DNA of 64,000 nucleotides from Blepharisma stoltei ATCC 30299. Its lineage: Eukaryota > Protista > Ciliophora. This document shows, piece after piece, positions 50,160-62,766 of this stretch. The notes under the pieces are model-generated. The model saw only the letters and a program-made list of their open reading frames with translations, ran no database searches and was not told the DNA's origin. The translations under genes were made by a program, and so were the position numbers. Position 1 is the first letter of the stretch; the number at the start of each line of letters is the position of its first letter. The stretch spans positions 620,001 through 684,000 of the forward strand of contig CBFDEM010000032.1 in assembly GCA_965603825.1 (NCBI GenBank), read 5' to 3'.

Positions 50160-52469
50160 ATGTTTGAAGTCAGAAACCAGCAAGAAATAGATAAAGAAAT
50201 TCTTGGCTCAATTCTGGCTCAAAAAGAAGAGAAAACTACCAAGCTTAAACTAGAAAATGAAAAATTACTTAAAATTTTTGAAGAAACTAAAGATTTAAAA
50301 TCTAAAGCTAGATCAAAAGCAATTCAGAAAAAAATTGAAAAACTTGAGAGAAAATCCAAGCAAGTTGAGATCGCTGTAAATAAGAGTTTAGCCCCTGTTA
50401 CCCAAGCAGAAGAATCCGAATCTATAAGTATCAATGGAGAGCTAAAATTAAACAAAGAATTTTGAGGAAAATTACTTGATCATCAAAAAGCAGCTCTTGA
50501 ATGATTATGAGAGATTCACAAGAAAAACGCTGGTGGGGTTTTAGGAGATGAAATGGGGCTAGGTAAAACAATAGAAATCATTTCTTTGCTTGAATCTTTA
50601 CGCTTGACCTCTTTAATAGAAGGTCCAACACTTATTTTGGCCCCAGCTACTATAATTCATCAATGAAAAAATGAATTTTCCAATTGGGCGCCGAATTTCC
50701 AAGTATATCTTTATGATTCACAAAGGTCAAAAATCCTTAAAGAGATTTTTAATAATTGTGGAATCTTAATTACGACATATGAAATTCTGCACACAGAAGG
50801 CCCTGCTTTATTAAAGAAAAAGTGGTTTTATGTCGTTTTAGATGAAGGACACAAAATAAAAAATCCTAATGCAGCTGTTACTCAAATAATTAAAAAAATC
50901 ATGTCAAGCCATAGATTGCTGTTAACGGGGACGCCTATACAAAACTCTTTACACGAACTGTGAAGCATTTTTGACTTTGCTTTTCCAGGACTGCTAGGAT
51001 CATTAGAAGTATTTGACCGAGAAATTGCAGCACCAATTAATAAAGCTGGATATTCAAATAGTGATCATTTGCAAGTAGAATTAGGCTATCAATGTGCACT
51101 TCAGCTAAGAGAAATGATTTCACCTTATTTTTTACGAAGAACAAAGAAAGAAATTGATATAGGGATTCCTGAGCAAGAAGAAAAGCTACTTTTTTGTGAA
51201 TTAACTGTTGATCAATGGGAAATTTATATAAACTATATAGAAAAGTTCTGAAATAGTGTTACTGAGGTTAATAAAGGAGTTACATTTAGATGTATAAAAG
51301 ATCTTAGGCTGATATGTAATCATCCAGATTTATTGAAAAATTCAGTTATAAAAGTCATAGGTGAAGAGAAAAATTATAGTTCTGGGAAATTGGAAGTAAT
51401 GAAACAGTTAATTGAAATATGAGGAGATGAAGGCCACTCAATAGTAATTTTTTCTCAATTTAAAAAAATGCTTAATATTTCTGAAGAAGTATTAAGAAGC
51501 GCAGGAATTAAATTCGGAAGAATTGATGGAAATATTAATATTGATGACAGATTGCCAATTATCCAAAAATTCAATTCAGGGGAAATCACAGCTTTACTAA
51601 TGACTACCAAAGTTGGTGGATTTGGAATAAATTTGCCTAAAGCTTCCAGAGTACTAATTTTAGATCCAGATTGAAATCCAATGAATGATTCTCAGGCAAA
51701 AGAGAGAGCTCTTAGAATAGGCCAATCAAACAAAGTTTTAATTTATCGATTCATAACAAAGCACACTATTGAAGAAAAAATTTATAATAGGCAAGTCTTT
51801 AAAACATTTTTGGCTAATAAAATTTTGCTTTGCCCTGATCAGCGATCATTTTTTAAAAATAATGAACTAAGAGAACTATTTTCAATTCCTCCAAAGCCAG
51901 AAGACTTAAATACAGTAGAAAGCTGTAATTTACCTCAAAAGCGGAAAAGGGAAAATATTATATTAAAATCATTATTAGATAGTGAAGGAATAAAAACTTA
52001 TAATGAGCAAAAAGCAATTGGAGGTGTGGAATGTGCTGGATATAGAGAAATAAATAGAATGAAAACACATGCTTATGAGTATTTTTTATTTAGGCTTGCA
52101 CAAATTGCAAAAAATAATTTAATAAATTCAATAAGAAATAATCAAACTGCTGATAATAGAAGATTATTTGAAATCCAATATAGAGACATCAAAATAGGGA
52201 ATGGTAAGGCTCGAGATATTATTGCTAAAAAAAGAAAAGCTATAGTCAAAGATACAACTGAAAAGCCGAGAGTGGAAGAATCAATCGTGAATGATTTGCA
52301 TGAATTTTTTATTCAAAAAGGTGGAAAAGCTCAGTCGAATGAAATTATAGAGCATATTAGCAAGGAGCTTTGCCCTTTTGATAATATGCTAGTGAAAGAA
52401 GTTTTGCATCAGTTGGCTAAGAGAAAAAATGGTTTGTGGGTTCTGAGAAATGAGTTCATAACTGAATAA
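50160..52469 (+). CDS. ERCC6: SNF2-family ATPase, CSB/ERCC6/Rad26 subfamily
   Basis: GDEMGLGKT, LDEGHKIKN, LTGTPIQN, GYSNS..QV..GYQCA..LRE.ISPYFLRR, DPDW(TGA)NP, QAKERA.RIGQ, C-terminal winged-helix-like GLWVLR. Confidence 0.88.
52079..52093 (+). other. Probable stopless in-frame 15-nt intron GTATTTTTTATTTAG
   Basis: Fits the intron consensus (GT..A(-6)..AG); removal deletes an out-of-place YFLFR. Confidence 0.6.
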
Positions 52470-52564
52470 TAATTAATGCCTGGATTATAATTAGCATAAT
52501 TCAATTCAAAAAATAGTATTTCATCATATAAATTATTCTTCAACTTTATAGCAAATTAATTGAT

Positions 52565-53209
52565 TTAATAATAGTAATTAGGTTGATTTACAATAATATC
52601 TCTAAAATTAGATATTTTTCTTCTTACCTCAGGAAATATCTTATTTTCCAGAGAAATCGGATTACTTATAATATATTTTGGCTGTTTTTTCGTATAAACC
52701 TGTTTATTAAACATCGGTAAATGCTCTAACGAATTCCCTCTATCCTGCGATATAATTCTCCTTTTATGATTTTTTTCTAACATTCTCAGATTTTCTTCAA
52801 TCAATTTATCCATAGATTTATTAGGCTTCATACTATACAAGTCATTCATTTTACTAAAAATTCTCTTCTCTTTCTGTGGAAATTTTTCAACAAATGAAGA
52901 TCTGCTATTGATTTTAAGCAAATTCGCATATTCTCTGTCTCTTTTGGCTGCGAAAGGCTTGCTATAACTGTCTTCTAAAGACATAAAGACAGGGCTTCTT
53001 CTATGAATTGAATCAAATGATTGATTGCTTTCTCCTGATAATGAGTGATCAGGAGAAATAGAAGGAGTCCTTTTAACATCAAGGTTTAAAGCTTGGGCAA
53101 ATTCTGCTGAAATATTGTTTTTGTGATTTTCAAATAGTTTTCTCCCATCACTTGGAGCTCTTTGGCCATTACGGGATTTTGTTTGTCAATACCGAATTTT
53201 GGATTTCAT
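52565..53209 (-). CDS. Uncharacterised basic protein
   Basis: Frame open from ATG 53209 via one TGA. Confidence 0.65.
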
Positions 53210-53344
53210 TTAAAGTTTCAGTTGCAAAATAAATTTTTATTAATTTTAGCTCAATTGCCTTAGAAACCAAAATTTAATAGGTAACATAAAATTTGCTTCG
53301 CATTTAACTAAAAAACCAGAAGAAAATGGGCCATTAATATTAAA

Positions 53345-54268
53345 ATGCAATCTGTGCCCGACCCAATAATTGTCGAAATTTTAAGCTATTTGCCAATTTC
53401 TGAGATTATCCGAGCTGAGTCTATTTGCAAGAAAATAAAATCGTGCGTTGAAAAACACTCCTACGTACTTTATTCTAGAGTGCTATCAAGGTTTAGCCAA
53501 GAATCGATATCTTATAGTCATTGGAAAAATGTGATAAAGCAAATGAACAGTCCATCTAAAGAACTTCAGTTTCTCCCTTACTATACAAATGGAGGCACAT
53601 ATTATGGCAGCAATACTTATTATATTCATAATTTAGTGCTTGAAGGTTATTACTGCTATTGCACAGTATATCCAACTAATATTCTAGTAAAATATGCTTT
53701 ACTAGGAACGGATTATGATACTGATAGAATAAGAGCAAGGCAGTATATATCTTCTGGAGTTAATGAGGGCAATGATAGAATTTATTTCGAAAAAGAAATA
53801 CTAAGGGAGTCACAAGAATTTACATCACAAGCTTCTATTTATGCAGTCATAAAACAAATTTACGCTAGAGCACCTCAAGGGGGCTACACCTGCCCAATAT
53901 TTCACTTCATGTGCTTTTCATCTATAGAAGAAGATGCTGATTTAGGAATAATTGACAGATTCAATGGAGTAAGCACCATTGACAAAGCCAAAGAAATTTC
54001 TGATCAGCTTGGGCTAGAATATGAAGAAGTATCAGCTAACTCAATACGCCAGCTTGTCTTCAATAATTGCAACCTCCCTATGCAGCCTTTATGTTGGGCT
54101 GAAATGAGTGAAGATTATAATCAATCCGCTTTAAACTTACCCCTAAAATCAAAGAAATTAGCAAGATACTTTTATGGGCTTTTAATTGACGGAAGAAGAA
54201 CAAATAACTATGACAATAACATTGATATTAGCCTTTTACTCCCTAAAGGTTCAATTATCCACTTTTAG
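53345..54268 (+). CDS. F-box protein
   Basis: N-terminal VPDPIIVEILSYLP..EI.....ICKK. Confidence 0.8.
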   Translation: MQSVPDPIIVEILSYLPISEIIRAESICKKIKSCVEKHSYVLYSRVLSRFSQESISYSHWKNVIKQMNSPSKELQFLPYYTNGGTYYGSNTYYIHNLVLEGYYCYCTVYPTNILVKYALLGTDYDTDRIRARQYISSGVNEGNDRIYFEKEILRESQEFTSQASIYAVIKQIYARAPQGGYTCPIFHFMCFSSIEEDADLGIIDRFNGVSTIDKAKEISDQLGLEYEEVSANSIRQLVFNNCNLPMQPLCWAEMSEDYNQSALNLPLKSKKLARYFYGLLIDGRRTNNYDNNIDISLLLPKGSIIHF

Positions 54269-54301
54269 TAAAGAAATTAATTAATTTGATAATTGATAAT
54301 A

Positions 54302-54709
54302 ATGGACTGTTATTTTAATAAGAGAATCCCAAATAGTAAGATTGGAAGTGTAATCATAAGGCCAACGTCAAAAACTTTTGTGTCAGGATTATCAAGCTCT
54401 TATGATGAAAAATATCCTGAAGAATTAAAAGATATAATGACTGAAAATGAGTTTATTGAAGATATTAAAGAAATCAATGACTCTTTGTTTTACTACTGGC
54501 CTTGCTTTTTCTGCTTTAATTTTGGCTACACATGTTGCATTTGCACACTTGGACTTTCATTTTTAGGACCTTGGATTTGTGTTGATGATGCCCAAAAAAG
54601 GACAAATGAATCGATTAAGAAAATTAATGAGAGATATATTGCGAGGAATATCAAATGATATTTAATGTGTGAGTGCTCAACTTCTTGGATTGAAATTAGA
54701 TATGGATAA
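54302..54709 (+). CDS. Golgin A7/ERF4-family Cys-rich protein
   Basis: YDEKYPEELKDIMTENEF...I.EIND, CCICTLG, INE.Y..RNIKW(TGA)...WIEI. Confidence 0.75.
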
Positions 54710-54790
54710 TTATTAAAAAGCTAAAAATTTATAAAATTATAAAAATTCAAAATAATCGTGCGATTACGTTTAATTCTTTTATATAGGTAA

Positions 54791-55504
54791 CTAATTTGAG
54801 CTATAGCTTGATTCATGGATTTCTTCAATTCTTTTTTCAATTCTCTTTAGTTTTTCGTCACAAGTTGCAATTAATTTTGCCCAAAGCATTTTTTCGTCTT
54901 TAGTCAATTGCATTCTTAGCCTTAAAGCTGGGATTTTGTCAGTTTGTGTGCAGTTACTCAAATTATATCATCCTTCATATAGATTTTGGTCTTCTAAGCT
55001 TTTTAAGTTTACTTCATGAGTCCCTAATACTTGGTCACCTTTAAGGCTAGACCTCATCATGACTTTAAAGACCACGCTTTTATATGACCACAATGACTGT
55101 TTAAATTGGATAAACCTATACCAATAAGGTCTATATCTATCTGATATATAAGTATCAATTTTTGGACCATTCGGTTCCAAAGAAACTGATACATATGGAT
55201 TTCCTTGGCTTATACAAAACGAGTCGCTATAAAAATTCGCACCTTTTTGCACCTCTATATTCAGCTCCGGAATCTGTGGAACCCCTTGCAAAGCGTTCTC
55301 ATGCTTATACTGATATTCCAATTTCTTCCTCTGGAACTGTTTTTTTTTGCTTTCAAGAACATAAATATTAGTTTCATTTTGTACAGAAATTTCAGTCAGG
55401 GCTGTATAAGGCACGAACTGAAAATGCTGGTCATTTTTGGGGTTGGAGCAGGTTATATGCATTTCGAGCTCTTTTTCGCTTGGCCTACTTGCGCAGTCTC
55501 CCAT
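54791..55504 (-). CDS. C2-domain protein with MGxC acylation-type N-terminus
   Basis: NPYVSVSL...P.W...F...VLGTHEVNL..L.DQ...EGW(TGA)YNL; TAG at 54791. Confidence 0.75.
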
Positions 55505-55534
55505 TTATAAAGCGAATTTTTAAATAAACTTAAT

Positions 55535-56740
55535 TTAATGCTCGTGAGATAAATCTTTTGGAATTTCCCAGGTAAAATCAGCCTCTTCTTCTCTGCCGAA
55601 ATGCCCATATGCAGCTGTTTTTTGGAAAATTGGTCTATTTAAAGCTAGATCTCTGATAATGCAGCCTGGTCTTAAATCGAAATTTCTATAGACGATTTGC
55701 AATAAATCGTGATCGGTCTTGCCTTTTCTGACAGTCCCATAAGAGTCAACGTGGACTGAGAGAGGGTGGGCCACACCAATTGCATAGGAGACTTGGACTA
55801 AAGCCCTGTCACAGAATCCGCCTTTTACAAGTGACTTAGCGACCCATCTGGCAGCGTAAGCTGCAGATCTGTCCACTTTTGTAGGGTCTTTTCCTGAGAA
55901 AGCTCCTCCACCGTGAGCACCCCATCCTCCATAAGTGTCTACAATAATTTTTCTCCCTGTGAGCCCTGCATCTCCATGTGGTCCGCCAATCACAAATCTT
56001 CCTGATGGATTTAAATGATAAATAGTTTTGTCGTCTAAATACTGAGCTGGGACAACTGGCTTAATGACATGTTCTTTAAGCTGCTGCTGGATTTCTTCTA
56101 ATGACACGTCTGGGTCATGCTGGGTTGATATCACAATTGTATGGATCCTCAATGGGACGACTCTTCCTCCTTCATGCCTATACTCCACAGTCACCTGTGT
56201 TTTCCCATCAGGTCTCACCCACCCTAGAAGCCCATTTTTTCTGACCTCTGCAAGTCTAAATCCCAGCTTATTGGCAAGTAAATGGGACAATGGCATACAC
56301 TCAGGGGTCTCATTTGATGCATAGCCAAACATGTGACCTTGGTCTCCTGCGCCGATTTCTTCAACAGACTTGTTTATATGAACTGCCTGGGCAATATCAG
56401 GGCTTTGGCCTTCAATTGCCACCATTACTTCGCAGGTGTTATAATCTAAGCCTTTGTCGATATGGTCGTAGCCAACTTGTTTTATGGCGTCTCTGACGAC
56501 TTGCTCATAATTTACGTTTGCTGCTGAAGTAATTTCGCCAAAAATCATGATGAAATTAGTCTTGGCACAGGTTTCGCAAGCCACTTTGGAATTTGGGTCT
56601 TGGGAGAAGCAAGCGTCGACAATGGCATCTGAAATTTGGTCACAGAGCTTGTCTGGGTGACCCTCATTAACACTTTCAGATGTGAAGAGGAAGTGGCCTT
56701 CTGGTAATTCGGCTATGTTTGTTATGAACTCGGAGCTCAT
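55535..56740 (-). CDS. MAT: S-adenosylmethionine synthetase (MAT)
   Basis: [41 protein letters not shown]. Confidence 0.98.
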   Translation of the reverse strand: MSSEFITNIAELPEGHFLFTSESVNEGHPDKLCDQISDAIVDACFSQDPNSKVACETCAKTNFIMIFGEITSAANVNYEQVVRDAIKQVGYDHIDKGLDYNTCEVMVAIEGQSPDIAQAVHINKSVEEIGAGDQGHMFGYASNETPECMPLSHLLANKLGFRLAEVRKNGLLGWVRPDGKTQVTVEYRHEGGRVVPLRIHTIVISTQHDPDVSLEEIQQQLKEHVIKPVVPAQYLDDKTIYHLNPSGRFVIGGPHGDAGLTGRKIIVDTYGGWGAHGGGAFSGKDPTKVDRSAAYAARWVAKSLVKGGFCDRALVQVSYAIGVAHPLSVHVDSYGTVRKGKTDHDLLQIVYRNFDLRPGCIIRDLALNRPIFQKTAAYGHFGREEEADFTWEIPKDLSHEH

Positions 56741-57300
56741 ATTTATAGCTGAAATAAAATGAAAGCATTTTTTTCACCTAATGAAAATATGGAATAGCAG
56801 ATATTCTATGAATGAATTATTTTGCAATGAGGGTGGGAAGGAGTCTATATAATCGGCTAGAGATGATTTAGATTTTGATGTATTTTATTTATAGAATTAT
56901 CTTTATTTTAGGGAAATTAGTGATAATATGCTCGGCATTTTTATCAATCCTTTAATTTAGTAAAAAATTATTTGAAAAATTAATTTTGCTATAAAAATAG
57001 TCTCTCTTTATCAATTTTACTAAGTAAAATCTTGAAAAATGTGTAATGAATTATGCATGAATATTACTCAATTTTTTGCATTGAAGATTATTTCTTCATT
57101 GCATACATAAATATTAATTTAAAGTCTTTTATAATTATATTTTTAGTTTTTCAATTTAAAAGTTACTTAACTTTTATTATTTACATATTGTTAATAGCAC
57201 TACTTTTAGCATATTTCTTTGAACTAATTCTCAACATTTATAAATGATTATCATTTTAGTATATTAAACAATTTATTAAAGCCCCTTTTATTATATTATA

Positions 57301-58073
57301 ATGGATAATCAATCACTTGATTTACAGACATTCAACTTAAGCAGTTTTTTCGTGCGCTTCATCTTTTACATATTGAAAGCAAAGCTACAATAAAAGTTAC
57401 AAATATACTAAAACTCTATGAACTTTATATTTTTGTAACAAAGAATGGTGGCTATAATTACTTTGAGGCAAATCCCGACAATTGGAAAACTACAAGTGAG
57501 GTTCTCAAAATTGGAAAACCTAGAGTATGATTCATGCAGTACGACCTCCAAAATTGCAAAAAGTTTTTCTAAAAATCCTCTTTAGAAACATCATTTTTTT
57601 CTGGTTTCCCAAGAAAATATATATGCCTACCAGTAATTATAATACAGGAACTTGTCAAAAGTTTGCAAACTTTAGTAGTTTTAGCAATAAAAAAACTCTT
57701 AACTTTTCCAGAAATACGTTTTGCATCGAAATTATATACTTACATTGATCAAAGTATTGCCCAGCTTGAATATATTAGATCATTTACCAAGGGGCAGATC
57801 AGGATTAACCAAAATCCAAAAATTACTAAATAAATAGAAGGATCTCAAAATAAATTTCCTAATTTATTATCTGAAGATTCTGATACTGAATTTGAAAAAG
57901 AAATTGTAAAAGAAGAAGAAGGAAAAACTGAAAAAGAAGAAAATTTCCTCGATTGTCCACATTCAAATGTATCTTCAATTGAACTCTCTGTTAAAAGAAA
58001 AAGAGATACAGATACAGAAAAAAGAATTTTAAAAAGAAAAAAAGTCAATGAAAGATCATTTAAGCTTTTTTAA
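57301..58073 (+). pseudogene. Decayed ARID/BRIGHT-domain gene
   Basis: LKLYELYIFVTKNGGY...NWKTTSEVLKI; frameshift soon after ATG 57301, internal TAAs, acidic/basic tail; intron-like GTATGATTCATGCAG at 57525-57539. Confidence 0.5.
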
Positions 58074-58262
58074 GAACATAATTTCTCTTAATTTATACAA
58101 GTTTCCCTTGATTAAATACAAAATATTAAATTTAACTTCTTTTCTCTATGTCTTTTTATTTCTTATCGATGGAGAAATTCTGATATTCCAGATTAAAATA
58201 TTTTGAATTTTCAATCATTTTGATTTTTGTCTCCTTTTTAATAAGTCAAAGAAATAATTTAA

Positions 58263-59195
58263 CTAAATTGCAGTAGCATTGATAACGTTGAAACGGGTTG
58301 ATGAAATTGCATTCACGCTTTCAAGTCTAAATCCAGTTTCAGTCAGCAGTGCTTCGAATTGTTCTTTCGTTCTTTCTTTTCCATTTAAAAGTGCCATCAT
58401 ATGAATATCTGCCATTATGGCGCAAAGATAAAGCTCATTTGATTTACTCATGACGCTATCTATTATTTTCAGCTGTTTTCCTGTCTCTAACGCTCGAAGA
58501 ATTTTTGCAATTTTCATGCAAGATTAGCTTCATCGGGATGCAGTCAAATCTTTCAGGACATTGTCAAAAAAGCTGATATTACACTAATTTTTCTTGTAAA
58601 TCATGCTCAGTAAATTTTTTCTCTGCTTTTGATGTAACATCCAAAAGGTCATAAACTGCTCCATTTATATGAGGATTCCACCTCAGAAGCTCAATGAGAA
58701 GTGATCCATCTCCGCCGCCCACGTCAAGAATTCTATTAGAGCCTGAAAGATCAACATTTTGTAACAGTCTCCAGAGGTCAAAGTGAAAGCTGACATGAAT
58801 TTTTGAAAAATTTGGAAAGTCTCAGGATGAGCTTCCAGGTACTAAAAATAACGACGTTCAAAGTGCAGCTCAGTGGCTGATGTATGCTGCTTTACTGAGT
58901 CTGCGAATTTGGCTAATGGCTCAATCTCGAAGGGGTTCCCAAGCCACCTTACCATAGTGTTGATTTTGTCATCCAGTAAAATTTCTGACATAGGAGAATT
59001 TGACCAGTTGCCAGTTTCTTGGTCAAATGAGAAAAATCCTCAGCAAAGCGAGCTGAGAAAAAGGCTTTGGCTCAATAAGAAGCCGAGGAACGTCTAGCTC
59101 AACAACTGTATATAGCATCAAAAATTAGTAAATTTTTCCAAAATGAACAAGTTTGTCTCCGTCCAGTTTTAAATGAAAAATTCAGAAAAAAATCA
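58263..59195 (-). pseudogene. O-methyltransferase (COMT/ASMT-like, Methyltransf_2) pseudogene; 5' boundary approximate
   Basis: LYTVVELDVP, RILDVGGGDGSLL, AVYDL, MKLILH, NGKERTKEQFEALL.ETGF, interrupted by TAG/TAA, frameshifts and deletions. Confidence 0.8.
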
Positions 59196-59327
59196 TAATT
59201 GTTCACTTTTAGAATTAATAATCCATAATAATCATTTTAATTAAATAGTTCCAAAATGAGCTTATGCATAAAAACTATTTTTAGGTTACTGAGTTCTTTA
59301 ATTTATTACTTATTTTAAAGCTAATAA

Positions 59328-60071
59328 ATGGAAGCCATCAAGAAAATTACAGATCTCCGAAAAGCTGTATTTAAAATCCGCATTTCAGGTGCTATAACAG
59401 GTAAAACTCTTGACAAGCTAAATAAAGAGTTGCAAACTCAAAGTTGGAGATCTCCAGTAGCCTTGGCTGTAGTAGTGAATTCTCCAGGAGGTAGTGCAGC
59501 ACAGAGTTCTTTAATTCGTCAACGTCTATTAGCGTTTTCTAAGCACCACCATATCCCAATTTATGCTTTTGCTGAAGACCTTGCTGCATCAGGAGGATAT
59601 TATGTAATGTCAGCTGGAAATGAACTATATGCAACACCTGGGTCCATAATAGGAAGCATAGGAGCTATATTCAATTTATTTGGGATTAAAGGACTAGCAG
59701 CAAAATACGGGATTGAGCGTAGAAGCTGGGCTACTTCACCTTTAGATCTAGATGAAAGAATTGACCCATTAAAAGAGCTGAAGCCAGATACCCTGAAATG
59801 GCTTGAAGGTTTAGTAAAAGAAACTAAAAACGAATTTACAGCTGTTGTGGATGAAGCTAGAAAAGAAAGAATAAAGGTAGAAAATGCTAAGAAAGAAGAA
59901 ATTTTGTATAACGGAGACGTTTTTACTGCAGATGAATCCATAAAGCATGGATTAATCGATAAACTTGGGGTCTGTGACGAAGTTATGAAAGAGATATTTC
60001 CAAAATATCAAATATTGGATTTGTCAAAGTCTTCTAAGATCCAGAGAATTTATCAATCTATCTTTGGGTAA
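59328..60071 (+). CDS. Peptidase S49 (SppA-like)
   Basis: NSPGGS, EDLAASGGYY, GSIIGSIG, NGDVFTA...GLID. Confidence 0.9.
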   Translation: MEAIKKITDLRKAVFKIRISGAITGKTLDKLNKELQTQSWRSPVALAVVVNSPGGSAAQSSLIRQRLLAFSKHHHIPIYAFAEDLAASGGYYVMSAGNELYATPGSIIGSIGAIFNLFGIKGLAAKYGIERRSWATSPLDLDERIDPLKELKPDTLKWLEGLVKETKNEFTAVVDEARKERIKVENAKKEEILYNGDVFTADESIKHGLIDKLGVCDEVMKEIFPKYQILDLSKSSKIQRIYQSIFG

Positions 60072-60665
60072 TTTAAGGTTCTTAATAATAAAAATAGATT
60101 CATAGAAAAATTATGAAGACTTTTGATATAAATAGCCTGATACGAATAAAAAGAAAATACAATTACCATTATTTATAATAAATTTTTAAAATTTTTCAAT
60201 AGATATGTATAAGATATTTTTATTTATGATATTTATTAGACAAGTATTGATCAGGAAAAAGATTTTAAAATTTTAAGAGCTATTCTAAAATTTAAAACAT
60301 AAAGTTTTACTGCCTAAACTAAAATTTTCAATTCATTTTAAATTGCCATATAAATTTGAACTATATAGATTTTATGAAATTTTTAACTAAGTGCAACTGA
60401 TTATGAAAGGCAAATATTTTGATAATGGTTTTTGAAGTATTAAAAAAATCTATTTAGTTAATTTAAATATAATAATTAATAATAAAAATTTTTTACTTTC
60501 GGAAATCGAAAACAAATCAATTTTATAGCTATAATAAAAGTTTTTTGCAAAAATCCGATTCATCAGTTACACACATAAATCAGTTTCTGATCCTAAGTGT
60601 TTTTTTTCTTCCATTTTATTATTCAGTAATGCAAGTGAAGTAATTTTAGTTTATTAAATATTAAT

Positions 60666-61160
60666 ATGAAAGACATTATCTACGAATGCAAAGCTCCAGG
60701 CTGCTCAAGCACTTATGCAAGTGAAACGAACCTCAAGCGCCACATAGAAGCCTACCATACTGAAAGCAAAAAATTCCAATGCAATTTTTGCATGAAAATT
60801 TTGTCTTCGAAACAAAATTTAAAAGAACATACTTTTACTCACTCTGGAGAAAAGCCTTATGTATGTAAAGAACCTGGATGCGGAATGAAATTCCGCCAAG
60901 GAAGCCAATTATCGTCGCATAAAAGAGTCCATGTAGCAATTAAAGCTTATACGCATAAAGCAGAGACCAATAAAGTGAAGGAAACATATATCAAGCTGAC
61001 TGAGTGGATAGATAAATCAAACTTCTACAAGCTAGAACAAGTTTTGCCGGTTTTGCAAACTTCTGAGGAGTATAGCTTTATGCTGCCTCCTATATCTGAG
61101 CCACAAGGGTTTTGTACTCTCCCAGCAGCTATATTCGGAAGTCAATTGTTCAATCAGTAA
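60666..61160 (+). CDS. C2H2 zinc-finger protein (3 fingers)
   Basis: Three Cx2-4C..Hx3-4H units with an SGEKPY linker. Confidence 0.92.
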   Translation: MKDIIYECKAPGCSSTYASETNLKRHIEAYHTESKKFQCNFCMKILSSKQNLKEHTFTHSGEKPYVCKEPGCGMKFRQGSQLSSHKRVHVAIKAYTHKAETNKVKETYIKLTEWIDKSNFYKLEQVLPVLQTSEEYSFMLPPISEPQGFCTLPAAIFGSQLFNQ

Positions 61161-61416
61161 ATAAATTAAAAATTGCTTATATTTTAACTTTTCTTTTAAT
61201 TTTAGAATTATTTTAAATAGCTCAGAATTGAATTTTCCAGAAAACCAAAAAGCATCCACACTCAAATATACAAAATATTTAAGTAATAATTTCAGTATTT
61301 GCAGTTAAAAAAATATTTTATTTATTTAAATCTCGAAACAAATTAAAAAACAAGCAGTTTCTTAAATATTTTTTTTTTATTCATTAAAACTTATAATCTA
61401 CTTAAATTGACTAACC

Positions 61417-62598
61417 CTACCATAGAAATCCAATATTCTTATAAGGTTTAAATACAAAAATGCCAAGCGTGACGATATTTATGGCATAAAGTGCCAGAAT
61501 TCTAATTTTTGAGAATTTCGTTTTTGTTTGCATCAAAAATGTAACGATTGGAATAATAAAGTATCTTAATTCCAGAAGCGGAGCAGGGATTAAAACTACG
61601 CAACTGCAAAAAATTCAAATAAAATAGCGCAGCGAGTTTTCAGCTCTAAAAAACAAATAAATAAACGAAATCTCAAACAAAATCGGAAATATATAAAGAT
61701 AAGGCTTCAAAATATTTTTCCAAATATAAAAAGTATAATGAGTGTTATCTGCAATAATAAAAGGATGCTCATATGTAAAATATGTAACACCAAGGCTTAT
61801 TAAAACCAGCCATAAAAATAAAAACACATTTTTTAATTGCTTTAATGCTTTTATTCACAAATTTTGGTCATAATCTGTGTATAAAGCCATTATTAAAGCT
61901 AAATAGCATATTTGTGTAAAATGGAAAACAGGGATATGATTTTCCCTATCTCCTACAGCTATTCCTTTATTTACAATAAGAAAAGCAATAAATAAAATCA
62001 GCAATATAATAAAAGGAAAATAAGTTTGAATTATTGCATATTTTTGCTTCCAAATTGTTTTAATATTTTGATATAATGAAGGTCCTAATCCAGCAGAAAT
62101 CTCAATTAGTACAAAATACCCAATTCATATAATATTCGTCTGTCTGCAAATTATTGAAAAAAGCCCAATAAGTGCTGATAGTTTATTTTTCTTATTTTTT
62201 AAGAATAAATAAGAGAGGAGAATTGATAATAAAGCAGCATTGTCAGTGTAATATAAGCATCCTGATAAGAATAAAGGTGGGTAAAGCATAATGATTTCTG
62301 ATGTTTTTGGGTCTTTTAAAGATCTTAATAAATACCAGCACAAGCTTCCAAATAAGGCATTTATCAGTCTTGATGCAAAAACTAAGCCAAGGAATTTATG
62401 GATTGGAAAAACTTGGAGTATTATCCATGAAGCAATATAAAGACCTGGCAGGGTTGTAATTTTATCATCCCAAGTTGCGAAATCTCAGTTTAAATATGTG
62501 CCTAATTGCTTTATGTGAAAAATTTCATCCATATACGGCTCAGGATATTTTCATGACACTAAAATTGATCCTGCAACCTGCAACAGAAGAAGTGCCAT
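61417..62598 (-). CDS. ALG10: Dol-P-Glc alpha-1,2-glucosyltransferase ALG10/DIE2
   Basis: PYMDEIFH..Q, WDDKITTLPGLY, YYTD, RQTNIIW(TGA), GDRENH, HPFIIADNTHYTFYIW, P.PLLE.RYFIIP, terminal FLW*. Confidence 0.93.
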
Positions 62599-62766
62599 TT
62601 ATTTAAGCAAAATTTTCAAAAAATATTTTTTAAGCTAATTTTTATAATAAATAGAATTTCATTAACCGAAAGAGATCCTGCTTCATCTCCTTTTGGATCT
62701 CATCTTCCATCAGGGACAAAATATAAAACTTCTTATCCTAGAACGGCTTCTGTGCGATCATTTTCT

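Noticed and set aside
55535-59195. SAM synthetase plus methyltransferase as a metabolic gene cluster
   Set aside because: The O-methyltransferase is a pseudogene and the other methyltransferase is ~21 kb away; proximity is plausibly chance
4380-61265. Short antisense or overlapping ORFs in the track (e.g. 4380..4691, 7545..7832, 26317..26613, 29308..29763, 56064..56324, 59600..59941)
   Set aside because: Shadows of well-supported genes on the other strand or frame, with no motifs
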